From: an uncultured Candidatus Saccharibacteria bacterium
GTDB taxonomy: Bacteria > Patescibacteriota > Minisyncoccia > Portnoybacterales > UBA2143
Assembly (NCBI GenBank): GCA_964403725.1
Contig: CAYOHI010000002.1
Location: forward strand, 21,644-85,643
Direction: 5' to 3'
Length of the DNA stretch: 64,000 nucleotides
Shown here: positions 36,309 to 46,337 of the stretch, piece after piece
How positions within the stretch are numbered: position 1 is the stretch's first letter
Layout of the letters: every line of letters starts with the position of its first letter
The notes under the pieces: generated by a model
Database searches by the model: none
Told to the model about the DNA's origin: nothing
The model's input: only the letters and a program-made list of their open reading frames with translations
Program-made: the position numbers and the translations under genes

Positions 36309-37688
36309 TTAGTACGAGAATGCGTTAAGATTAGTCGACAGATTGCGCATATGTTCTAGTGTATCAGATATTTCTTGATGAGAAGTTTTACAATTATATT
36401 TAATCCAGTCTTTGATAACGTTGCTCCAGTTTATAATATCTTTATCAATATATTTATTTCCAGTTTTTTTCTTAATCATATCAAATGACATTGAATTGGG
36501 GAGAGGCGTTAAATAGGACGGTACAATTAGATTATTAGGATCAGATTGTATTATTCTTTCAGCCAGTTTAATAGTCTTTTTAAGGCCTTTACTGGTTTCT
36601 CCAAGATTACCTAAGACAAAATAGCCTTCTATTGGAATTTTGTATTTTATTAATAACTCAACAGCTTTTTCATTCATGGCAGAAGTTGTTCCCTTGTTCA
36701 TAAGTTTGAGACAGTCGTCATCATTGCTTTCTATGCCGATGAATAGCTGTCTGACTTTTATTTCTGATAGTTTTTTAACTATTTTTTCATCAGCGAGATG
36801 ATTTATTCTTGCTTGAATTTTTAAATAAGGTGCATTCTTATATTTCTTTGCTTCTCTGTAGTATTTGTTAAACCATTTAATATCACCTAATAAATCATCT
36901 GTTGTTTCCCATATGTAATCAACTTTGTATTTAGAAGCTAGATTATTGTATTCAGACCAAACAGTAGCTGGGTCTTTGAAAATGTGTTCATTGTGCATCA
37001 ATGAGCAAAAAAGACACCATTTATTGTTATTCGCTCTCCAGGCACATCCTTTTTGAGAATAAGTGGTAAAAGGATTTTTGTAGTTTGAATGTGGAAAGTT
37101 TTTCTGATAGCTTTTAAAATATTTTTGAGGATCAATTATATCCTTGTTTATCTCTAATTTAGAAAAAGGAGTTATTATTAATTCATTAATCTTTATCTTA
37201 TCATTATCGCAATAGGCGATATTTTTTATTTCTGATAATTTTTTTTGAGTTATATATTCATAGAATGCTTTTTCTCCATCGCCGCGGATGACTATATCAA
37301 CGCAATAGTCTTTGGAATATATGCCTCTGTTCTTTAATATTTCCTGGTAAATTGAAGAAGGATAATGTCCGCCAAAGACCACTTTGGCTTTTATTTTTTT
37401 GCATTCTCTGGCTAGGATTAATGATTTTTCATATCCAGTAAACATCGATCCTATTCCTACGATGGTTGGTTTGAATTTTTTGATTTCTTTCTTTATTTCG
37501 TTGGTGGATAATAGCTGGTCATCCAGGATTAATAATGGAGTATTAGGTAGCTTTTCTTTGAGGTAGGATCCTATTATATTGACTCCCAAAGGAAAATGAG
37601 GTCCTTGTCGAAGTTCAAAGATATTTTTTGGTTTTGAATTGTAAGGCAGAGGATTAACTACGTTAATCAGTATTATTTTTTCTCCCAT
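36309..37688 (-). CDS. B12-binding-domain radical SAM protein (class B-like)
   Basis: N-terminal cobalamin-binding-like Rossmann region (IVGIGSMFTGYEKS..VVFGGHYPS). Then CAWRANNNKWCLFC (C-x9-C-x2-C) in the radical SAM core. Confidence 0.55.
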   Translation of the reverse strand: MGEKIILINVVNPLPYNSKPKNIFELRQGPHFPLGVNIIGSYLKEKLPNTPLLILDDQLLSTNEIKKEIKKFKPTIVGIGSMFTGYEKSLILARECKKIKAKVVFGGHYPSSIYQEILKNRGIYSKDYCVDIVIRGDGEKAFYEYITQKKLSEIKNIAYCDNDKIKINELIITPFSKLEINKDIIDPQKYFKSYQKNFPHSNYKNPFTTYSQKGCAWRANNNKWCLFCSLMHNEHIFKDPATVWSEYNNLASKYKVDYIWETTDDLLGDIKWFNKYYREAKKYKNAPYLKIQARINHLADEKIVKKLSEIKVRQLFIGIESNDDDCLKLMNKGTTSAMNEKAVELLIKYKIPIEGYFVLGNLGETSKGLKKTIKLAERIIQSDPNNLIVPSYLTPLPNSMSFDMIKKKTGNKYIDKDIINWSNVIKDWIKYNCKTSHQEISDTLEHMRNLSTNLNAFSY

Positions 37689-38599
37689 CCTCTTATTAAT
37701 CCTTTCTTTTTATAGCTAGTTTTGTCTTTTAGTTTATTTTTATTATGAGCTATTTTTCTGACATAGCATGAGACACATTCTCCACAATGATCATCATCCC
37801 ATTTAATGCAACTCCGAGCTCTATCTATCGGTATATCTTGATCTGTCGCCCATTTTAGTAAATCTGCTTTTGAGAGGAAAAAGCCAAATTCTTTTTCTAA
37901 TGGCAGGGAAGTGACTTGCCAGGAGTAGTCATTCATCAAAGAACAAACAGATAAGTTATTAGTTCTCATAGCTGTTAGTGTCTCATCTCTCATGACATAG
38001 CCATCTTCGGCAACAATGGCTGTAAAGATGTTTCTTACTTTGATATTTTCCTTGATCTTAAGGAAGATTGCGTATTGTACCCCATATGAAGTTAAAAGAT
38101 TAGTGTACATCGGGATCCCTAAATGTTGGCCTAGTTTATTAACTGGCTTGCTGGAAACATCAATGATTGGGAAGCGAATCTCCATCGGCGGGATATAGGC
38201 GTTCATTTTTTTAACTTTATGCCAATATTTAGGATATCTTTTTTTATAATATTTGGAAAAGTAGTCTACAGACTTTTCTTCAAAGGCAACTCTTTTTTGT
38301 CCTCTTCTTAAAAATACTGGATGAACGTGTACTTTATAGACTTCCATTAGATAAGCCCAGGTAGTGACGCTATCCATTCCTCCAGAAAACATTAATATTA
38401 CATGAGAATTAGCTAAGGGCCTTTTCATTACATGGCCTTTTTGTTCTTTAAATATATTTTCAATTGTCTGGATGAGCTTGGGGTCTTCTAATTTTCTTGA
38501 ATTTAAGAGATTTTGAATTTCTTTTTTTGTTTTTGTTTTGAATTTATTCATATTATTTCTTGATATAGTTTTGTTTGATAATTCCCTCCCACCAGTCAT
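37673..38599 (-). CDS. QueC-like PP-loop ATPase (7-cyano-7-deazaguanine synthase family) with N-terminal extension
   Basis: VILMFSGGMDSV PP-loop and C-terminal Zn-ribbon CIKWDDDHCGECVSCY matching the QueC C-terminal CxxC..CxxC. 308 aa, longer than typical QueC. Confidence 0.5.
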   Translation of the reverse strand: MTGGRELSNKTISRNNMNKFKTKTKKEIQNLLNSRKLEDPKLIQTIENIFKEQKGHVMKRPLANSHVILMFSGGMDSVTTWAYLMEVYKVHVHPVFLRRGQKRVAFEEKSVDYFSKYYKKRYPKYWHKVKKMNAYIPPMEIRFPIIDVSSKPVNKLGQHLGIPMYTNLLTSYGVQYAIFLKIKENIKVRNIFTAIVAEDGYVMRDETLTAMRTNNLSVCSLMNDYSWQVTSLPLEKEFGFFLSKADLLKWATDQDIPIDRARSCIKWDDDHCGECVSCYVRKIAHNKNKLKDKTSYKKKGLIRGWEKK

Positions 38600-39134
38600 T
38601 AGATTTTTGTTTTAGAATCTTATTACCTATTAATTTTCCATGTTTAGTAGTTAATTTCTTTACTGAGAAATTCATCCATTTCTTTGCTTCTTTTAATCCG
38701 TCATCATATTGCTGCTTTTCAGTCAGTAATTCTTCTAATATGTCTGCATCATGTATAATTTTAATTTCCTTGGTTTTGTTTTTTTGATATTCTTTAAAGA
38801 TATTATTAATATTTTTTTCGATAGGTAAATCTTTTAAAGTATCCTTTAGTGCCTTTAATTCATTTATTTTTAAATAGCATCTGTTAACCAGATCAGCATC
38901 GCCGGTTCTGGTTTCTGGAATGTCATGGAATAGGCACATTAGCAGGGTTTTTTCTATATCGGCTTTTTCCAGAGTGGCTAATATATAGCCTATAATAGTC
39001 ACGCGAAAACTGTGTTCAGCTATGGAATTTTTCTGTTTTTTTAATTTGCTTCTTGTTATTTTATTCAAATAGCCAACTTCAAAAAGAAAATCAGCTATCT
39101 TTTTTGTATTTAATTTTTTATTTCCATGGTTCAT
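38553..39134 (-). CDS. HD-domain phosphohydrolase (YfbR-like 5'-deoxynucleotidase family)
   Basis: H...HD....D signature: EHSFRV...LFHDIPETRTGD. Confidence 0.65.
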   Translation of the reverse strand: MNHGNKKLNTKKIADFLFEVGYLNKITRSKLKKQKNSIAEHSFRVTIIGYILATLEKADIEKTLLMCLFHDIPETRTGDADLVNRCYLKINELKALKDTLKDLPIEKNINNIFKEYQKNKTKEIKIIHDADILEELLTEKQQYDDGLKEAKKWMNFSVKKLTTKHGKLIGNKILKQKSNDWWEGIIKQNYIKK

Positions 39135-39669
39135 ATCTTATTAAGGGATTTAATTGATATTTTTTAAATTGGTCTTTAGTTTTTCTATCCATTGAATCAA
39201 GCAGAAAGCTAAAGCCAATGATCCTACCTCTTTTAATTCTTTTTATTAGCTTAATGGCAGCTTTGGCGTGCTGGCCAGTAGCAAACCAATCATCGATAAT
39301 CAGTATCCTGTCTTTTTTGTTGATTATATACTCATTGTCTTCAATTTCCAAAGCTTTTTTCTGTTTACTGTAATCAAAGAATGATTCAGTATATATTTTA
39401 TGCAGTTTCTTTATATGTGGATCAGGTGTATATATATTACCTTTTTTTCTTATGGTAACCAAACCAGCCTTGAGGATATATGCAACGCTTGAAGCAAGTA
39501 GGAAACCACGCGATTCGATTCCGATTACTTTAGTAATGTCTGATTTTAAAAATGGTTTTGCTAGTGATTTTGATATTTTTTGGAAAAGTAATTTATCAGA
39601 AATCGGGCTGTAAATAGAGCATTCCTCGTGCAATCTTATTATTTTTTCCTTATCTTTTTTGGTTAACAT
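39118..39669 (-). CDS. phosphoribosyltransferase (adenine PRTase-like)
   Basis: PRPP-binding motif ILIIDDWFATGQHA. Confidence 0.55.
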   Translation of the reverse strand: MLTKKDKEKIIRLHEECSIYSPISDKLLFQKISKSLAKPFLKSDITKVIGIESRGFLLASSVAYILKAGLVTIRKKGNIYTPDPHIKKLHKIYTESFFDYSKQKKALEIEDNEYIINKKDRILIIDDWFATGQHAKAAIKLIKRIKRGRIIGFSFLLDSMDRKTKDQFKKYQLNPLIRYEPWK

Positions 39670-40358
39670 ACTTCTATGCTGCCCAAGGCTATTTTAATGG
39701 CCTTATTTAAATATTTGTTAAAAGTTTTTTTATCTAAATATTTATGTTCAACTTTTTTGTTTTTGGTACTTATCTTATCTATTCCTACGAGTATGCTGTC
39801 GACGGATATTTTGTGTTTCTTGCCGAAATAGAAGAGAATGCTGCTTTCCATTTCTATTGCGCCTATTTTTTCTTTTTTCCATTTTTTGATATCACGAAGC
39901 AGATAAGGGTTGTAAAAAGCATCTACTGTAACAATTTTTTCTCCTTTTATTTCTTTGAAATTGCTGTTTGTGAGAATTGTTTTAATTGAGTTGTTTGTAT
40001 AATGCTTGGTGGTGCCGTCGTTTATCAATATAGATCTTGCAAATATTATATCGCCAAGTTTTTTATTATTGATAAAGCAGCATGAACCGATTCTGATTAT
40101 CTTTTTAATCTTATGCTGGGATAATAGTTCCTCTAATAGGATTGCAGCAGAAGGAGTTCCTATTCCACTAGACTGGATTGTTATTTTATTCTTCTTGTAG
40201 TATCCGGTATAAGCGCTAAAGCTGCGTTCTTTGATTATTGATTTGTAATTTTTTAAATATTTTTTAGCAATCAATTCAGCTCTTTCAGGATCTCCTACTA
40301 AAATTATTTTATCGCTGTAGTCCCTATTTTTGATTTTTAGGTGGAATTCCTTATTCAT
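39663..40358 (-). CDS. purine/uridine nucleoside phosphorylase family protein (PNP/MTAP/DeoD-like)
   Basis: ILVGDPERAELIA and SSGIGTPSAAILLEEL motifs of the PNP_UDP_1 fold. Confidence 0.55.
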   Translation of the reverse strand: MNKEFHLKIKNRDYSDKIILVGDPERAELIAKKYLKNYKSIIKERSFSAYTGYYKKNKITIQSSGIGTPSAAILLEELLSQHKIKKIIRIGSCCFINNKKLGDIIFARSILINDGTTKHYTNNSIKTILTNSNFKEIKGEKIVTVDAFYNPYLLRDIKKWKKEKIGAIEMESSILFYFGKKHKISVDSILVGIDKISTKNKKVEHKYLDKKTFNKYLNKAIKIALGSIEVC

Positions 40359-40360
40359 GA

Positions 40361-41605
40361 TTAGAAATTTATGAAATATATTTTAGAGGCGATTATTTCT
40401 TTAGTTTTATCTGTGAATTTTATATTTATTTTTTTAAAAAACATACTGTATTTATCTTTGAAGTATTCAGTATCTTTCTCTTTTTCTGCCAATACAGTGA
40501 CAACTAAATTATCCTTAGAAGTGATTAATTCTATGCCTGATTTGTCTTTGTATTTGTTTAAGAATTTTTCTTTGAATTTTAAGTTTCTCTGTATTTTTTC
40601 TTGGAATCCTTTTCTGCCTAGAGATAGTATGGTTAGAAGGGAGGCAACTGGCGAGATGGCAGTTCTAGTGGATAGTAGAGTGTTGTCGTTTCTGCTCAGA
40701 AAATCTATTGGCTCGGCGATCAGGTTTAATAGCTTTCTTCTGTGTAAGACTAATCCTGCTGGACAAGGGGTATGTCCAAATTTATGAAAATCAACGGCCA
40801 AGGCTTTGATTTCAGAATATTTGAAGGGAGAGAAACTGTTGTCTGTAAACGGATTAATCAAACCGCTCATGGCAGCATCTATCCAGCAAAAGAATTCTAC
40901 ATGTTTGTATTCTTTTTTGATTGCTCTGATAGTTTGTACTGTTTTCTCTATATTATCATCTGTGCCAGTTAGGGTGTATCCTAGGGTTAAGGGAATGATA
41001 AATCCTTTTATGTCTTTCTTGATTAATTTCTTTATTTTCTTTGATAAATCAAAACAATCTAGGTTCCACTCCTTTTCATTTACAGCAATGATTTCATTTT
41101 TAATGCCCACTATTTTGGCTGATTTTCTGATAGAATAGTGAGTTAAATTATTACTCAAGAATCTGATTTGATTAAAGTCTATCTTTTTCTTTCTTAGCCA
41201 GTCTCTTGCCAACCAGGCAGAAAATATGTTTCCTTCTGTTGAGCCGGTGGTTGAATAGCCTGTTAAGTCTCGGTCTTTGGCGTTATACAGATCTATCATT
41301 TTAAAAACTAATTCTTTTTCAATCGATTCATTGGTTGTTTCAGAATATTCTGATTCGGTTGTATTGCCCAATAGTACGGGATTGTGCTTGATTAGGTCTT
41401 GCCAAGCTTTGATAGATATCTGGGATGGGGTTGATACTAAATGGGCGATTTTAGCTGATTTTCTAAATTCTTTTAAATGTTTTTTAAGTTTTTGTATTTT
41501 AAGCTCTATATTCTTCTTTGTTTCTGGGTTTTTATTAAAATTAAATCCATCATTATTGTTGTGATTGGATTTTGGTAATAAGTTTTTTTTAGGTTGTTTT
41601 TTCAT
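40361..41605 (-). CDS. PLP-dependent group II decarboxylase-like protein
   Basis: GYSTTGSTEGNIFSAW and DFHKFGHTPCPAGLVL resemble the fold-type I decarboxylase Gly-rich and HK (PLP-Lys) regions. Confidence 0.45.
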   Translation of the reverse strand: MKKQPKKNLLPKSNHNNNDGFNFNKNPETKKNIELKIQKLKKHLKEFRKSAKIAHLVSTPSQISIKAWQDLIKHNPVLLGNTTESEYSETTNESIEKELVFKMIDLYNAKDRDLTGYSTTGSTEGNIFSAWLARDWLRKKKIDFNQIRFLSNNLTHYSIRKSAKIVGIKNEIIAVNEKEWNLDCFDLSKKIKKLIKKDIKGFIIPLTLGYTLTGTDDNIEKTVQTIRAIKKEYKHVEFFCWIDAAMSGLINPFTDNSFSPFKYSEIKALAVDFHKFGHTPCPAGLVLHRRKLLNLIAEPIDFLSRNDNTLLSTRTAISPVASLLTILSLGRKGFQEKIQRNLKFKEKFLNKYKDKSGIELITSKDNLVVTVLAEKEKDTEYFKDKYSMFFKKINIKFTDKTKEIIASKIYFINF

Positions 41606-41734
41606 GATTTGCTAGTAATATGTAGAATGCAGGGGTATAATTAAGTTAACAAGGTTAATTTAGTGTTATTATATCACAATTGCATTGCGGTAAGTAGCTA
41701 TCTTATATACTCATATATAGGCTTGAATTAGTCA
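41606..41734. promoter_or_regulatory. AT-rich divergent promoter region between the minus-strand nucleoside-like module and the 22-kb plus-strand operon
   Basis: 129-bp intergenic, the only sizeable gap from 36309 to the window end. Contains TATAAT-like and TTGCAT-like elements on both strands. Confidence 0.3.
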
Positions 41735-42580
41735 ATGATGTTAAATATTAAAAAAATTAGGGTTAAGAAAATAATATCGCCGACAAATCTGGCTAATAGC
41801 GATTATGGCATAGATCCCTATGTCGGCTGCGAGATCGCCTGTTCTTACTGTTATGTCAGGTATATAGGCGATAGTAATGATAATAAGTGGGGCTCTTATG
41901 TTTTTGTTAAAGAAAATGCTCCTGATTTGATTATTGAAGATAAGGCTTATGATAATAAGACAATATCCATTGGAACCTTAACTGATCCTTATCAATTTGC
42001 AGAGAAAGAGTATGAAGTTACTAGAAAAATTTTGGAAAAATTAATTTCTTTTAACTCAGAGATCGCAATAATTACAAAATCTGATTTGGTTTTAAGAGAT
42101 ATTGATCTATTAAAGAAATTTAAAGATATTATTGTAGCTATTTCATTATCCTATGTTGATGACAAGATAAGGAAGGAATTAGAGCCAAAGGCTATAAGCA
42201 CAGAAAAGAGGATTAAAGTCTTAAAAGAATTGCATAGTAATGGGATAAAAACAGCTTTATTCATAGATCCAATATTTCCTGGCATTACTGACTGGAAAAA
42301 ACTTGTAAAATCTACCAGAAGTTATGTCGATAAATATCTATTTGAAAATCTGAATATCTATCCATCAACAGAAAATATTATCTTTAGCTTCCTTAAAAAG
42401 AATAAGCCAGAATTAATTGATGAATATAAGGAAATCTATTCAGACGAAAAGAAATATTGGCGAGGAATCGAGAGTGATATTAAGGATTATTGTGAAAAAG
42501 AAAAGATAAATTACGTTTCAACCATATTAAATTATTATAAATACTATCATTCAGATAGATTTTCTAGTAATAAGAAATGA
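41735..42580 (+). CDS. radical SAM protein, SplB/COG1533-like (DNA-photolyase-type radical SAM fold)
   Basis: SPTNLANSDYGIDPYVGCEIACSYCY (CxxxCxxC) near the N-terminus, as in SplB-family enzymes. Confidence 0.6.
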   Translation: MMLNIKKIRVKKIISPTNLANSDYGIDPYVGCEIACSYCYVRYIGDSNDNKWGSYVFVKENAPDLIIEDKAYDNKTISIGTLTDPYQFAEKEYEVTRKILEKLISFNSEIAIITKSDLVLRDIDLLKKFKDIIVAISLSYVDDKIRKELEPKAISTEKRIKVLKELHSNGIKTALFIDPIFPGITDWKKLVKSTRSYVDKYLFENLNIYPSTENIIFSFLKKNKPELIDEYKEIYSDEKKYWRGIESDIKDYCEKEKINYVSTILNYYKYYHSDRFSSNKK

Positions 42581-43452
42581 AAATAATATCAGGTTTTTCA
42601 AAAATAGAAGAAGTAAGTAATTTAATCAACAGAGGGGCTTCTGTTTTATTTTGTGGAATTTTATCAGAAGCTTTTAATAATCACAGGCCTAAATTGGCTC
42701 TTTTTAATTTGAAAGATTTAAATGAGTTAAGAAAAGCGACTAAAATAACGCATGATTTAAAAAAAGAAATATATGTTGTCGTTAATGCCATGGATTATGA
42801 AGACAAAGATAGAAAGAATGTTATTAAAGAGCTTAAGAAAATCGAGAGAATTAACGTTGATGGCCTAATAGTTTCAGACATCTCCATTCTCATGCTTATT
42901 AAAGAGAATGATATAAAAATTCCTGTGAGCTTGAGTAGCGTAGCTGCCTGTTATAATTCCATGGCTATTAAATTCTACGAGGATTTGAATGTCAGCTCCA
43001 TTATCCTGCCCCAGCAAATATCAGCTCCTGAAGTCAAGAAGATAAAAGAGTTAACCAATTTGCCCTTGGAAGTCTTTTATCGCAATAGCATGTTCAATAC
43101 CTGCCAGCAAGTGGATGGAATGTGTCTGTTATGCAATGTAATAGATCGCAAGAAATTCATTGTCAGGCCTAGAAGCAGTACAGATAGATTTAATGTTAAG
43201 TGCTTGAGGGGTAATAAGAATAATTTGGGCAGTTTAATCAAAGGCAATATTGATAGCGAGTTAAGATATATCTATGATACATATAATATAGGAGTGGAAT
43301 ATGTAAAAATGGGAGAAAGAGGATTGAAATCAGAATCTAAATACTTGGCAGTTGATATATTATCAAAGGTTATAAAAATACTAGGCAAGCATCCTAGTAA
43401 AAAAATGTTTATTAAAGAAGCAAAGGACATATGGAAAGAATTATATTGCTAG
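42577..43452 (+). CDS. peptidase U32-family protein (UbiU/RlhA-like large subunit candidate)
   Basis: N-terminus resembles the U32 'ELLAPAG..AGADAVYFG' start. EVFYRNSMFNTCQQVDGMC matches the U32 E-x-F...C-x4-G-x-C signature. Confidence 0.45.
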   Translation: MKIISGFSKIEEVSNLINRGASVLFCGILSEAFNNHRPKLALFNLKDLNELRKATKITHDLKKEIYVVVNAMDYEDKDRKNVIKELKKIERINVDGLIVSDISILMLIKENDIKIPVSLSSVAACYNSMAIKFYEDLNVSSIILPQQISAPEVKKIKELTNLPLEVFYRNSMFNTCQQVDGMCLLCNVIDRKKFIVRPRSSTDRFNVKCLRGNKNNLGSLIKGNIDSELRYIYDTYNIGVEYVKMGERGLKSESKYLAVDILSKVIKILGKHPSKKMFIKEAKDIWKELYC

Positions 43453-44195
43453 ATAAAGTTAAAAACTACCAAGAGATCAAAGATTTTGATCGTGTCTATC
43501 TTGGCAATGAATTTTGTCAGAATTTAATACCGACATTAAGCGATTTTAAATTACAAGTTAAAAAAATAAAGGATAAGGATTTTAGTTTTGTAACTCCGTT
43601 TGTAATTGATAAGAATATCAGTAAGCTGGAAAGGATATTCAAGTATTTAGACAAGGAATATGATGAGCCAGAGGTGATTGTAAATGATTTAGGAATACTA
43701 TATCTTCTTCACGAAAACTATCCAAAGATTAAAAAAGTATTTGGCAGAATATTGTATCCAAATATTTTCCTAAAGCCAAAAGATGAAATAATTAAGATTA
43801 AATCAAAATCTACAATTGAGTTGTTTAAGAAATATAATATAGATAGATATGAATTATCTGTTAAAAAATCAGATTTAACGCTTAATATTTTGGATAAACA
43901 AGTTAAATCAGAAAAAATGTTTAAGGATTTGAAATTCTCGCTCTATTATCCATACTTTCCAGTTTCAGTTACCAGAAAATGCAAGATGAGAAATCAGAAA
44001 GGCTTTGATGACTATGGAGCTTGCCAGCATGGATGTGCTGATAATCTATATGAAATAAAATACTCAGATTACCTTTGTCGGCACGCCATGGTTAATGATA
44101 AGATTTATATGAAAGGCAACGCATATTTTATCAAAAGCAAGAAACCAGCTAATATATCTAAATTAATATCCAGATTAGTTTTTCAATCAATGTAA
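43431..44195 (+). CDS. small U32-family protein (UbiV-like partner candidate)
   Basis: VYLGNEFC near the N-terminus (like UbiV VIYLGE..C). C-terminal C-x13-C-x3-C (CKMRN...GACQHGC) resembling the UbiV Cx12Cx3C [4Fe-4S] ligands. Confidence 0.4.
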   Translation: MERIILLDKVKNYQEIKDFDRVYLGNEFCQNLIPTLSDFKLQVKKIKDKDFSFVTPFVIDKNISKLERIFKYLDKEYDEPEVIVNDLGILYLLHENYPKIKKVFGRILYPNIFLKPKDEIIKIKSKSTIELFKKYNIDRYELSVKKSDLTLNILDKQVKSEKMFKDLKFSLYYPYFPVSVTRKCKMRNQKGFDDYGACQHGCADNLYEIKYSDYLCRHAMVNDKIYMKGNAYFIKSKKPANISKLISRLVFQSM

Positions 44196-44199
44196 TTTT

Positions 44200-45405
44200 A
44201 TGAAAATCATTAAAGATTTAGAAAAAATAGAAAAAAGGAATAAAGATTTCTTGCATTTGACAGCTAATGAGAATGTAATTTCAAATACGGCCAGGAAATA
44301 TCTATCTTCTGAATTAGGTAATAGGTATTTTTTAGGATCAGGGAAAAAAGGAATTGTTAGGAATAAAGCTTTGGAACTGTTGGGCTTGGAAGAAGTAGAT
44401 AAATTAGTAAATAAGGCTGAAGGATCTGCCAATAAGATACTAGGAGCATCACTGACATCTTTTAATCTTTTATCAGGAATCAATGCGATGACATCTCTAA
44501 TGCTAGCGATTTCCAAGCCAAATGATGTAATCATGACCTTGAACCCTGATTTTGGGGGTCACTTCATAACCAAGTCGATAATTGAAAGAATTGGACGCAA
44601 GCAGATTGTTACCCAGCACAAAGATAATGGAGAAATAGATATTAAAAAAACAGTAGACTTGTTAAACAAAAATAAATCTAAGGTATTGTACTTAGACAGT
44701 ATGTCAGTTTTAAATAGATTTCCATTGTCTGAAATTAGATCTATGATGAAAAATGAAGGTAGGTTAATTTTTGATGCAAGTCATACTATGGGATTGATTA
44801 TGGGAGGTCAATATCAATCTCCGCTAAAAGAAGGAGCTGATATTATTGTTGGTAACTCACATAAAACATTTCCCGGACCGCACAAGGCGATAATTGCTTT
44901 TAAGAATAAGAATTATGGAAAAAGAGTTATGTCTGTGATTAACAATTGTCTGATTTCTACTGTTCAAACGAGTAATCTAATAGCCTTGGCAATAACTGTT
45001 TTAGAAATGGAAAAGTTTGGCAAATCATATGCCAAGCAAATAATGTTGAATTCCCAAAAATTGGCAAAAGAAATAGAGAGCAAAGGCTATGACCTGATTA
45101 GATCTTCTAATAACAGCTATACTTATAACCATCAGATACATATTTCATTTAAAAATATTAAGGATTCAAAAACACTAATGGATAGTTTTTATAAAAACAA
45201 TATCAGTATTAATGTCATTAAACCTGGTCAGCCAAATTCATTTATAAGATTAGGAACTCAAGAGATTACTCGAAGAGGGATGAAGGAAAAAGATATGATA
45301 AAAATCGCTGAGTTTTTTGATAAATCTATTAAAAGAGAAAATATTAAAAACGAGGTCTTGAGGTTCAATAAAAAGTTTAAAAAGATACATTATTCTTTTG
45401 ATTAA
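44200..45405 (+). CDS. serine hydroxymethyltransferase-like PLP-dependent enzyme (fold type I)
   Basis: HLTANENVIS (cf. ELIASEN), DFGGHFITKS (cf. GGHLTHGS), NSHKTFPGP (cf. THKTLRGP, PLP-Lys). Confidence 0.55.
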   Translation: MKIIKDLEKIEKRNKDFLHLTANENVISNTARKYLSSELGNRYFLGSGKKGIVRNKALELLGLEEVDKLVNKAEGSANKILGASLTSFNLLSGINAMTSLMLAISKPNDVIMTLNPDFGGHFITKSIIERIGRKQIVTQHKDNGEIDIKKTVDLLNKNKSKVLYLDSMSVLNRFPLSEIRSMMKNEGRLIFDASHTMGLIMGGQYQSPLKEGADIIVGNSHKTFPGPHKAIIAFKNKNYGKRVMSVINNCLISTVQTSNLIALAITVLEMEKFGKSYAKQIMLNSQKLAKEIESKGYDLIRSSNNSYTYNHQIHISFKNIKDSKTLMDSFYKNNISINVIKPGQPNSFIRLGTQEITRRGMKEKDMIKIAEFFDKSIKRENIKNEVLRFNKKFKKIHYSFD

Positions 45406-46333
45406 GATGAATAAAATTAAGATTTTAACCCCGATTGATAATGTTGATGAATTTGAATTACTATCATCAGCTGGTGCTGATGAATTCTATTGCGGGGTCA
45501 TTATAAATGACAAAAAATATAACAGCGATAGAATTGGAAAACAGAAACAGGAAAATATTTCTGGGATCAGTGAATTGAAGAAATTAGTCAAAAAGATAAA
45601 AGATAATAAAAAAGATTTGTATCTAGTTTTGAACGCCCAATACTTATCTTCAAGAGATATAAATGAAGCTGGAAGAAGAATAGATGCCTTTAAGAAAATA
45701 GGAATAGATAATTATATAGTATCTAACTTGAATCTAATAGATAAGGTAAAGGATAAGGATATCAATATCATTATCAGTTCCTTTTTAGAAGCTAAAAATG
45801 TCGAAACGGTAAAATTTCTCAAGAAATTCAAGCCAAAGAGAATCATATTAGACAGGCAGATTACAGCCAGTGATTTAAAAGCCATAACATCTGAATTTCC
45901 AAGATTAGAATTTGAAACATTTATCATGGAAGCAGCATGCCGGAGCCTGGACAGTTACTGCAACCGACATATTTTCAACTATAAAAAACATACTTGTAGA
46001 GAAAATTTCAAAATAGACAACAAGAAAGGATTAACAAGGTCAGAATTGAATACGATTACTTCAAGATTAAAGATGCCGATTGTTAATTGCGGTATTTGCG
46101 CTTTATACCAATTTAGGAATTTAAATGTTGAATCGGTTAAGATAGTAGGGCGCGGCTATCCAACTAAATGGAAAGTTAAAAATGTTAAGCATGTCAGAGA
46201 TGCCTTGGGCGTATTAAATGACACTAAGAGCAAAAAAGAATATCATCAGAAATGCCTAAGTCTGTTTAAGAAAACTTATAATTTCCCTTGTAATAAAGAG
46301 TATTGCTATTACCCTCATTTTTTTAAAAATTAA
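45398..46333 (+). CDS. peptidase U32-family protein (second large-subunit candidate)
   Basis: ILTPIDNVDEFELLSSAGADEFYCGV start, FETFIMEAACRS...C and CGICALYQF Cys-containing segments. Confidence 0.45.
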   Translation: MIKMNKIKILTPIDNVDEFELLSSAGADEFYCGVIINDKKYNSDRIGKQKQENISGISELKKLVKKIKDNKKDLYLVLNAQYLSSRDINEAGRRIDAFKKIGIDNYIVSNLNLIDKVKDKDINIIISSFLEAKNVETVKFLKKFKPKRIILDRQITASDLKAITSEFPRLEFETFIMEAACRSLDSYCNRHIFNYKKHTCRENFKIDNKKGLTRSELNTITSRLKMPIVNCGICALYQFRNLNVESVKIVGRGYPTKWKVKNVKHVRDALGVLNDTKSKKEYHQKCLSLFKKTYNFPCNKEYCYYPHFFKN

Positions 46334-46337
46334 GATT

